Under the pieces are notes generated by a model that did not search any database, was not told the DNA's origin, and was given only the letters and a program-made list of their open reading frames with translations. This document shows positions 56,836 to 64,000 of a stretch of 64,000 nucleotides of DNA, in pieces; position 1 is the first letter of the stretch, and each line of letters starts with the position of its first letter. This DNA is from a virus (lineage: Duplodnaviria; Caudoviricetes), in IMG/VR virus record IMGVR_UViG_3300017705_000783, positions 8,565-72,564 of that record. One strand, 5' to 3'. A program made the position numbers and the translations under genes.

Positions 56836-58509
56836 TTAGTAATTCCCTCCTGTACTACCTAATGGTACACCTTGGATTCTGAATGCTGGGGGAGTGAAGG
56901 GAGAGAACGGTTCCTTGCCTATCATCTGCCGAATATCTCCAAGAATGTCGTTTGTTTCTTTTCCAGCCTCCTCCAATGGAGCAGTATCTATCTCTACTGG
57001 GGGGGCAACATTAACTTCCTCTGGGGGGGAGTCCATGGCTGAGTTAATAGAAGATCGGGTACTACTGGTTACTTTCCCTTTATTAGTTCCCGTTCCTATT
57101 GCAGCCCCTCCTGTAGTTGTCGTTGGTGTCGTCGTTGCTGTCGGACTTGTAGCTTTTGTAACAGGAGTAGGAGGATTACTTCCAATGGCCGATCCCCCTG
57201 CGCCACTATTCCACTTACTTTTTATAGTGGAAGCCGTCTTATTCATACTGGCCGTGACACCTCTCATGCTTTTGGCAATCTCTTCAAAACCAAAAAAATC
57301 AGCAACCTTTTGTATCCCAATTATAAGAAGTTTACCAAATCCAAAAACTACTTCACCAAATATCCTAAAAGCCTCTTTCAATGCTCCCCTCAACCACGCT
57401 GCTCCAAAAAGTTCTTTTACGCTAACAAAGAATTTTGCTCCTTCATTAATAAAGGGAGTTACAATTTCTCTCTTTATCATGTTCCAAGTATTAGTTAAAT
57501 CTTGTTGTTCTTTTGCTTTTCTTTTACTCTCTGCGTGTAACCGAATTGATAATTCTTTCTCATTTAATCCTTCTATCTCAGCTTTACCTAGAAGCATCTC
57601 AGCTCTTTTAAGTATTCCTTCTCTAACAGCAATCTTACTTGCTAAATCACCAAAAGCTCCTTTCATTGCTTCGTTTCCGATAATAGCGGTTCTACCATTT
57701 TTAGATAACAAACTTTGCGCCATAGACCCCTGCTCTAACATTACTTGAAGCATCTCCGCAGACGTAGCGTTGCCGTCCAATATAGAATTCACTGGGAAGC
57801 CCATTGCTATGGATTCTGTGATGCCGCCCATAGTAAATTGACGATTAAACGTATTCATTGCTTCACCAAATAATGCTTGGTCGGGCAATAAACCTCTCAT
57901 CATTGTAGTGAACTCTCCCGCTGCGGCAACAGAGCCGCCAGTTGCAGCAAAAAGATTAGTAGTTGATCTATTTAAGCTTTTTAAGGCACCTACTAACTCA
58001 GTTCTCGTCATATTAAATGTTCTAGAGTTATTTTCCACAGCCGTGAATAGCCTACCTTGAGCTTCAGTAGACTCCCGTGTTCCGATAGTGGCATTAAGAA
58101 TACCTTGGCCCCACGTATTAAAATTCTCTCCTGTGGCTAGGGAAACTTTATACATCTGCTGCACAGACTTAGTGTTAAGATCCAAACCAAGTCTATTGGC
58201 CTGTAATTTTAGAATCATCGCCTCATAAACATTAGCAGGAACACCAGACTTTTGCATAGTGTCTGATAGTGTGTGCATGTCATCAGACATGGAGTTAAAG
58301 GATGCCCCAAACCTAGCACCCACCTCCTCCATCTTCGCGCCCATAGTAACAGCATCAGTAAATAAACTAAGGAGGTTACCTACTACACCCCCTAACACCC
58401 CTTTTAAGTCGGCTGCTATGCCTTTTAAATCTTTTAAGAAGACATTAGATCCCTTAGTATTCTTATATATTTTTTCTAGCCACTTATTATCTTCTTCTGA
58501 TCTTGCCAT
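56836..58509 (-). CDS. Tape measure protein
   Basis: Helical Ala/Gly/Met-rich 557 aa with W/F-spaced amphipathic repeats; precedes tube initiator. Confidence 0.7.
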   Translation of the reverse strand: MARSEEDNKWLEKIYKNTKGSNVFLKDLKGIAADLKGVLGGVVGNLLSLFTDAVTMGAKMEEVGARFGASFNSMSDDMHTLSDTMQKSGVPANVYEAMILKLQANRLGLDLNTKSVQQMYKVSLATGENFNTWGQGILNATIGTRESTEAQGRLFTAVENNSRTFNMTRTELVGALKSLNRSTTNLFAATGGSVAAAGEFTTMMRGLLPDQALFGEAMNTFNRQFTMGGITESIAMGFPVNSILDGNATSAEMLQVMLEQGSMAQSLLSKNGRTAIIGNEAMKGAFGDLASKIAVREGILKRAEMLLGKAEIEGLNEKELSIRLHAESKRKAKEQQDLTNTWNMIKREIVTPFINEGAKFFVSVKELFGAAWLRGALKEAFRIFGEVVFGFGKLLIIGIQKVADFFGFEEIAKSMRGVTASMNKTASTIKSKWNSGAGGSAIGSNPPTPVTKATSPTATTTPTTTTGGAAIGTGTNKGKVTSSTRSSINSAMDSPPEEVNVAPPVEIDTAPLEEAGKETNDILGDIRQMIGKEPFSPFTPPAFRIQGVPLGSTGGNY

Positions 58510-59012
58510 TATCTTAATACCTTACAGTGTACAATTTTATTAGATATGAAAGTTCTAAAATTTCTACTATCTAATTTAGTTTTAGATTTAATCTTAACAT
58601 TTATCTCTTCCATAAAATCAGACCAAAATCTCCATAACCGTCTAAAATACTTTATATGTTCTTCGGCTTTATATCTTACTATTTCTTGTCTAGAATTCAT
58701 ATCTTCTGAGTGTACCTTTTTTAATAATATAGCTTGTTCTTCCATAGAATAATTATCAAGTAAAAAAGTGGTTATTAGTAAATTTCTTGTATGTCTAGCC
58801 GTGTACAACCCCTTCGGGGATCTGGGCGTAGCGGCCACAAGAGCCGTATAATCGTATCTAGTTCCTGAATATGTAAAACTTATCAAATCACCTACCCTTA
58901 CCTGAGTAGGTAGTATTTTTTTAATAACAACAGGAGTTTGACCCCCTTCAGCTACCTGAGAACTGAGATAATCAAAATACTTTTTATTTTGTAGAAAATT
59001 TCGGCTTCTCAT
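58509..59012 (-). CDS. Hypothetical, possibly T4 gp2-like DNA end protector
   Basis: GDLISFTY...LV...NL...FRTF..KI resembles the gp2 layout; weak. Confidence 0.35.
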   Translation of the reverse strand: MRSRNFLQNKKYFDYLSSQVAEGGQTPVVIKKILPTQVRVGDLISFTYSGTRYDYTALVAATPRSPKGLYTARHTRNLLITTFLLDNYSMEEQAILLKKVHSEDMNSRQEIVRYKAEEHIKYFRRLWRFWSDFMEEINVKIKSKTKLDSRNFRTFISNKIVHCKVLR

Positions 59013-59044
59013 ATACTCTTATATACTATATTATAAGGATTTAA

Positions 59045-59320
59045 ATGTATTACAATGATTCCAAGGATTTTGTTGATTTTATTGATATTATTAATTTTAC
59101 TTTAGATGCTTCATTTCTAGAAAAATGGAGACATAAATATAGTGAAAAATTTATAACATCCTTCCAAATGAAGGTTTTAAAATCTCTTTCAGACAGAAAA
59201 CCCTTAAAAAAAGAATCCCTAACTAATTTCTTTAAAAAGAAGTTAAAGTACTCAGAGGAGCAAATATCAAACTTTTACGAATCAATAGATATATCATTAT
59301 ATCATCCATTAATCCTCTGA
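59045..59320 (+). CDS. Hypothetical protein
   Basis: Plus-strand ORF filling the gap; AAGGA RBS. Confidence 0.6.
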   Translation: MYYNDSKDFVDFIDIINFTLDASFLEKWRHKYSEKFITSFQMKVLKSLSDRKPLKKESLTNFFKKKLKYSEEQISNFYESIDISLYHPLIL

Positions 59321-59322
59321 TT

Positions 59323-60096
59323 CTACTTTTTCTTCCTATCCTCGTGTTTCCTCTTTGATTCTGCTATTTGATGTGGATTAGAGAATTCGGGACACATAGA
59401 GGAGTATCCACACCACCAGCAATACTCATTCTTTGAAGGGGGAAACTCTTCCTTCTTCTTTTTTCTTATTTTCCAAACAGTATCTATTTTATTCCTTAAA
59501 TAAGAACTTATCTGAGCCCATGAAAACCTAACAGTAACCAAGTTACCAGTTACAGGGTAGAAGTGAGCTACCGTTATCTTATCTATTGGAACTTTGAACA
59601 ATTTATGGACAGCGTAAGCATATCCTTGCATTTGGTGGTTTTGGTATAATTCATGCTTCTTCAGCTCCCTCTTCCCTGTTTTATAATCAATAACTAAGTA
59701 TTCACCCTGAGGACTTTTCACTACTCTATCAATAATACCATTGAGACTAATATCATTCTTCTCATCGTACTTTATATCATAAATCAGTTCTACTCCGACT
59801 GTTTCCGTCAAAGGTCCATTAAATTTAAGAAAATTTCTTAAGCACGTTTCTGTGTTGCTATCTTTTTTTTCTGTAATTTTATAGTTTTTCTTGACCTCGG
59901 CTGCTATAGTAAGTAGGTCCTCTAGGGAGGTCTTCTGGTACCCCTTTTCTAGGATCTTGTGGATATAGGATCCAAAGTCTAAAGCATCTTTGTTTTTTGA
60001 CATTTCCTTATATCTATTTATGTATCTAAATTTGTATTTTAGATTACACTGCATGAATGTGTTGGCCTTAGACTCTGAGATAGTTTTAATGAACAT
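59323..60096 (-). CDS. RecB/Cas4-like PD-(D/E)XK exonuclease with Fe-S cysteines; start refined to 60096
   Basis: IS.S....F.QC..KY, FGSYIH, GIIDRV, IDYKTG, QMQGYA, C.WC.Y...C; AGGAG RBS before ATG 60096. Confidence 0.88.
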   Translation of the reverse strand: MFIKTISESKANTFMQCNLKYKFRYINRYKEMSKNKDALDFGSYIHKILEKGYQKTSLEDLLTIAAEVKKNYKITEKKDSNTETCLRNFLKFNGPLTETVGVELIYDIKYDEKNDISLNGIIDRVVKSPQGEYLVIDYKTGKRELKKHELYQNHQMQGYAYAVHKLFKVPIDKITVAHFYPVTGNLVTVRFSWAQISSYLRNKIDTVWKIRKKKKEEFPPSKNEYCWWCGYSSMCPEFSNPHQIAESKRKHEDRKKK

Positions 60097-61078
60097 AATT
60101 TCTCCTAAGTATATAAGAGAGTATCTTGACCATAATTTCAGAAATTCTGGACGATACTCCTCAGGCGGGCGAGAATTTACAATGCCCTCCATTTTTGTGG
60201 ACGATTGGAAAAATAAATTTTCTATAAATACAAGCACAGGGATGTGGCAAGACTTTAAAGCTCATAAAGTAGGTAATTTTATACAATTTGTAGCCCAAGT
60301 TGAAAAAACCTCTTACAAAAGAGCAGAGGCAAAGATTTTGTTTGAGGTTCTTGCCGACGACTCCCCAGATCCTAAACCCTTTATTGAGGATATTTCTACA
60401 TCTCTAGATGTGGATATGTCCTCTTGGGTTCCTATAGATATATACTCTTGCTACTCTAAAGATTCTTTAGTTCAATTGGCTTGGAAATATCTTTGGGGCA
60501 GAAAAATGTTTCATACCGAGGAAACAGAAGATGAGCCCTTCTACGTAGCTACAGACGGGAAGTATAAAAATAGAATCATCATACCTTTCAAGAAACCTTC
60601 AGGTGACCTATTCTTTTTTCAGGCAAGGGCTCTGCTTGAAGAAACTCCGAAGTATCTAAACCCCGACAGTACCCAAGTTAGAGCCTCCAGCGTTTTATAT
60701 CCTTTTCAGAGCGATACTACAGTGCTTATTTGCGAGGGTCCTTTGGATGCGAGGTCTCTCCAGTTAGCAGGTGTTAACGCTACCTCTACCATGGGAAGTT
60801 CGCCGTCTCAGATTCAGATAGAAGAAATAAGAGATATGGGGTGTGAACTTGTTATTGCTTATGATAATGATACAGCGGGAAAAATGGGCGTAGATAAAAT
60901 AGAAAGAATGAGAAGGGAGTTAATGATGCCATCCATAAAAATATGTCTTCCTCCCAAAGCTTATAAAGATTGGAATGAAGCGTGGAGAGAGGACATGGAT
61001 TTAAAACAATATGTCCGCGAAAATACTAAAGACTACGACATAGAGTACCTAATCAACACTCAGATAGAACCTAGGTGA
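60089..61078 (+). CDS. DnaG/gp61-like primase (TOPRIM); start probably 60089
   Basis: RIIIP, FFQAR, KYLNP, ICEGPLDA, IAYDNDTAG, KDWNE. Confidence 0.9.
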   Translation: MNIISPKYIREYLDHNFRNSGRYSSGGREFTMPSIFVDDWKNKFSINTSTGMWQDFKAHKVGNFIQFVAQVEKTSYKRAEAKILFEVLADDSPDPKPFIEDISTSLDVDMSSWVPIDIYSCYSKDSLVQLAWKYLWGRKMFHTEETEDEPFYVATDGKYKNRIIIPFKKPSGDLFFFQARALLEETPKYLNPDSTQVRASSVLYPFQSDTTVLICEGPLDARSLQLAGVNATSTMGSSPSQIQIEEIRDMGCELVIAYDNDTAGKMGVDKIERMRRELMMPSIKICLPPKAYKDWNEAWREDMDLKQYVRENTKDYDIEYLINTQIEPR

Positions 61079-61975
61079 TATAATCTTTTCACCATTAGCC
61101 ATGTACTGTATTTGGACAGCGTAAGTTCCCTTAGCTTCTCCAAAGCTGCTGGAGGTAGGAATATTACTTGTATCCCATGTATAAATCAGGGTTCCATCTG
61201 AGGTTACCTGAACAGAACCAAGAGTGTCAGCAAAGGAATATACAGTAAATGGACCCTCTAGAGAAGTATTATCATTAACCTTGGTTATTTTAAAAGCACC
61301 TTCAGTAATCAATGTGGATTTCAAAGTGTTAATTATAGATGAATCTATATTTCTATTCTCCACCGTTAGCTCTACAGGAGCCTTGAGATCTATTTTTTCA
61401 CCTAGTCTCAGATGTTTGTTTGCTAATTTTGTACTGGTTCTAAGTAAAAGAGGTTCTGTTATAGAAAAGAATGTATCTTGATATAAAGACCAAGAATGAA
61501 TAAAGCATTGGTATTGAGATCCAGCCAAAAGTTTAACTGTCCAAACATCAATATAAGATGTGGCTGCACTGACAGAAGCAGATTCTACTGTGGTACCTTC
61601 CCAACCTCCCGAAAGGGCTTTATCCATTCTAAGGGGTGCTACATAGTCTCCTGTTCGCATTTTAAAAATACCACTAGCATTAGAAAAATCGGCTGCGTTG
61701 GCATGTCCCCAAGTAGCAACATAGTCTGATGGCGCATTACCGTAGAACGCATTTGGAGCAAATTGCATTAGGGGTGATGCTGATACGAGGTTATCAGTAG
61801 GAGTGAAGAGCGCACTGGAGGAGTAGGAGCTTAATTTAAAAATAGATACTGAGCTAACGTCCACAGGATCTACTAATTGTCCGTCATTATAAAATAAGGC
61901 TCGTAAAGCTACCTTACCGCCTACTGGGGGGTTCTCATGTCTTTCTGGGAAACTAATTCCGTTTAGTGCTATCAT
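61049..61975 (-). CDS. Hypothetical virion protein (two beta-sandwich-like halves)
   Basis: In the late operon, start coupled to the gp51-like ORF. Confidence 0.6.
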   Translation of the reverse strand: MIALNGISFPERHENPPVGGKVALRALFYNDGQLVDPVDVSSVSIFKLSSYSSSALFTPTDNLVSASPLMQFAPNAFYGNAPSDYVATWGHANAADFSNASGIFKMRTGDYVAPLRMDKALSGGWEGTTVESASVSAATSYIDVWTVKLLAGSQYQCFIHSWSLYQDTFFSITEPLLLRTSTKLANKHLRLGEKIDLKAPVELTVENRNIDSSIINTLKSTLITEGAFKITKVNDNTSLEGPFTVYSFADTLGSVQVTSDGTLIYTWDTSNIPTSSSFGEAKGTYAVQIQYMANGEKIISPRFYLSVD

Positions 61976-62135
61976 TTTGCTCTTCTATATCTTCTCTGAG
62001 AAACTCAAATAAATAACTTCTATCTAAAGAGGTCATTTTCTCAATATCAGTTTGGTTAAATCCTACCTTATATACTAAGATAAAGGCTTGTTTTAGTAAC
62101 TCTTTTACTGATTCACAAGATATTAGCTGTCCCCG
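61953..62135 (-). CDS. gp51-like tail/baseplate assembly chaperone extension, probably expressed by -1 frameshift from the upstream gene
   Basis: L.Q.F.LVY..GF...DIE.M...DR...F..L...IEEQN pattern; no RBS-supported start. Confidence 0.65.
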   Translation of the reverse strand, partial: RGQLISCESVKELLKQAFILVYKVGFNQTDIEKMTSLDRSYLFEFLREDIEEQNDSTKRN

Positions 62136-62851
62136 AAAAAATTTTCCGTTAAAGGGATCTCCACAACTTGCTCTGCCCCACAGCCGCATAGATAGTTAAT
62201 CTCATTTTGGAGACCGTATCCCTGCATTCCTATAATTTTTAGTATAGAGTGCATATCTTTTATAGGAAGCCTATCCATAACAGCAGATATAACTGCACTT
62301 TCTTTTATTCCGTCTACTTCTGGAATAAATCTCCATATATTTTTACATAAGATATCAAAATTTAGTAAATACTCTTCTTGCCTTACTCTGGGAGGGAAAA
62401 TCTTTATTTCTTTATTTATTTCTTCTAACTTGAGAGTTATTGGTATTTCTCCCTCTAAATTATTTACTTTTAAAATATTTAAATCTATTTCGAGGTTCCC
62501 TTCTCTGGAGCACGTCTCACAGGTAATCCCCATATTAATTTCAGATCCCGTGCTGATCTCTTTTAATTTATAAATTAGATAGTTTCTATCTATTAGAAAT
62601 AAAGAATCTACATCAATGCCCTTTATACATCTTTCTAAGATATAATTCATAAAGTTCTTATTTTTATTTATAGGACTTAAAACCGCTTTCTCATCTCTAA
62701 ATGTAAAAGGTCTTATGGTAATACTATCTGTCTCATACCATTTGCACTTTGTAGGTACTTCTACTTCGATATACTCCATATTTTCTTTTTTATCACCCAA
62801 AATAGAGTGAACGGCAGCAAGTTGCTCTGGGGTTAAATTACTATTTTCCAT
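62123..62851 (-). CDS. gp26: gp26-like baseplate hub/tail assembly chaperone
   Basis: I.IRPFT..DEK, L.LIDR.YL..KL..IS.G, C..C...LEIDL, C.CG...IP...NFF. Confidence 0.8.
   Translation of the reverse strand: MENSNLTPEQLAAVHSILGDKKENMEYIEVEVPTKCKWYETDSITIRPFTFRDEKAVLSPINKNKNFMNYILERCIKGIDVDSLFLIDRNYLIYKLKEISTGSEINMGITCETCSREGNLEIDLNILKVNNLEGEIPITLKLEEINKEIKIFPPRVRQEEYLLNFDILCKNIWRFIPEVDGIKESAVISAVMDRLPIKDMHSILKIIGMQGYGLQNEINYLCGCGAEQVVEIPLTENFFGDS
62135..62144 (-). other. Overlapping -1 slippery heptamers A AAT TTT / T TTT TTC
   Basis: In-frame at the end of the gp26-like gene; the -1 frame reads into the gp51-like ORF. Confidence 0.7.
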
Positions 62852-62875
62852 TTATTTCTCCAAAATATTTTATAT

Positions 62876-62883
62876 CTATAATA
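62876..62883 (+). promoter_or_regulatory. CTATAATA (-10-like) element upstream of UvsW
   Basis: Same octamer as at 15146 and 16163; divergent junction. Confidence 0.45.
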
Positions 62884-62893
62884 TAATAGTCCT

Positions 62894-64000
62894 ATGAAGA
62901 TACTCGTTGGAAATCAAAAATCTAAAATAATAACAGATAATCCTAAGCTATTCACAGCCCTACAACGATTATATACCTTTCAAGTCCCTGGTGCCACTTA
63001 TTCACCTTCTTATAGGAGAAGATCTTGGGATGGTAAGAAGAGATTCATCAGTAATGCAGGGATGTTTAGAACTGGTCTTCTTCCTAGAGTCTTAGATCAC
63101 TTAAAAAAAATAGAATGCACTCCTGAGATAGAATATAGAGACAAGAAAACCAACACCCCAGACATGGCTCATTTTGATAGTATGAAATACTACGACTATC
63201 AGGAGACATTAATTATAAAAGCTTTAAAAGAGAAAAGAGGGGTAATCTCTGCCCCTACGGGATCTGGTAAGACTCTTATTATGGGGGGACTGATTAAGAG
63301 TTTAGGTGATAAAAAAATGGTTATCCTCTTTAACTCTAAACAGCTATTAAAACAATCTTATGATTTCTTAAAGGATGTATGTGGTATAGAAAATATAGGA
63401 TTATGTTTTGGAGAAGGCTACATATATGGCGATATAATACTTTGTACGGTTCAAAGTATAGAAAAGATAATTGATACACACCTAGAAACAGCCGAGGTTC
63501 TGATGGTAGATGAATGTCATGAATTTTGCTCAGGGAAACGAACTCTCCCTGCTATTCAATCATTTCCTAAAGCTATATGGAGATTTGGGTTTACAGCCAC
63601 AATACCCTCGGAACCTATAAAAAAATATGCATTAGAAGGTGCTTTAGGGGGTACCATAAAATCTGTTAGTACCAAAGAACTAGTAGATAAAGGAAAACTT
63701 ACAAAACCTATAATTCAAATTATAGAGAGAGAATATCTCGCAGACGGAGAAGATATTCATGAAAATTATATAGAGATATATGATAAATATATTGTTTTTA
63801 ATAAAGAAAGAAACAATAAAATAAAGGAGATAGTAGATGAAATCAGAGAAAACGGAGACAGATCTCGCATACTTATACTTACCAAATCACTTGATCACGG
63901 AAGAGCCTTGGAGAAGTTGCTTGCTGACGGGCAAGTACAGTTTCTTGAAGGTGCAAACTCAGTCTCAGAGCGGTATAAAAATATTTCTAAGTTCCGAAGA
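62894..64000 (+). CDS. uvsW: UvsW-like superfamily 2 helicase, runs off the window
   Basis: Not in the ORF track. My translation from ATG 62894: MKILVGNQKSKIITDN...WDGKKRF...YDYQ...APTGSGKT...VDECH...GFTAT. Confidence 0.88.
   Translation, partial: MKILVGNQKSKIITDNPKLFTALQRLYTFQVPGATYSPSYRRRSWDGKKRFISNAGMFRTGLLPRVLDHLKKIECTPEIEYRDKKTNTPDMAHFDSMKYYDYQETLIIKALKEKRGVISAPTGSGKTLIMGGLIKSLGDKKMVILFNSKQLLKQSYDFLKDVCGIENIGLCFGEGYIYGDIILCTVQSIEKIIDTHLETAEVLMVDECHEFCSGKRTLPAIQSFPKAIWRFGFTATIPSEPIKKYALEGALGGTIKSVSTKELVDKGKLTKPIIQIIEREYLADGEDIHENYIEIYDKYIVFNKERNNKIKEIVDEIRENGDRSRILILTKSLDHGRALEKLLADGQVQFLEGANSVSERYKNISKFRR

Noticed and set aside
56894-57748. 284-aa plus-strand ORF antisense to the tape measure gene
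   Set aside because: Shadow frame of a Thr/Ala/Gly-rich gene; no RBS or recognisable motif.
59323-60096. Cas4-like nuclease as part of a CRISPR system
   Set aside because: No repeat-spacer array or other cas genes seen; stand-alone RecB/Cas4-like nucleases are common in phages.
59990-60237. Long mutual overlap of tracked primase and nuclease ORFs
   Set aside because: Artefact of longest-ORF starts; RBS and domain boundaries place the starts at 60096 and about 60089.

Overview
This window is a segment of a large, AT-rich, T4-like (contractile-tailed) dsDNA bacteriophage genome, almost entirely coding and mostly on the minus strand. From left to right it holds: (1) a truncated B12-binding radical-SAM gene plus three glycosyltransferases; (2) a probable lysis cassette (holin-like protein, lipoproteins, overlapped spanin-like pair); (3) a replication/recombination block (gp32 SSB, UvsY, DnaB/gp41 helicase, class II RNR NrdJ, gp46/gp47) in which the replicase is not a T4-type family B enzyme but an SPO1-type UDG-exonuclease-family A polymerase broken into three consecutive, intein-free ORFs; (4) gp55-like late sigma and a Holliday-junction resolvase on the plus strand; (5) head, neck and tail genes (gp19, 18, 15, 14, 13, 23, 22, 21 and putative internal head proteins); (6) a long baseplate/tail-appendage block (PAAR, gp7/gpI-like, gp6, gp25, gp5-like, hub, gp53, tube initiator, tape measure); (7) a RecB/Cas4-like nuclease, a primase lacking zinc ligands, a gp26/gp51-like pair joined by a -1 slippery site, and a truncated UvsW helicase. 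The strongest leads are the three-piece family A polymerase (proofreading site split across two genes, middle gene apparently starting at ATC), the lambda G/GT-style frameshift in the gp26/gp51-like pair, and a frameshifted tail-appendage gene. I found no tRNA, rRNA, CRISPR array, integrase or transposase. All family assignments come from motif recognition by eye, not database searches.
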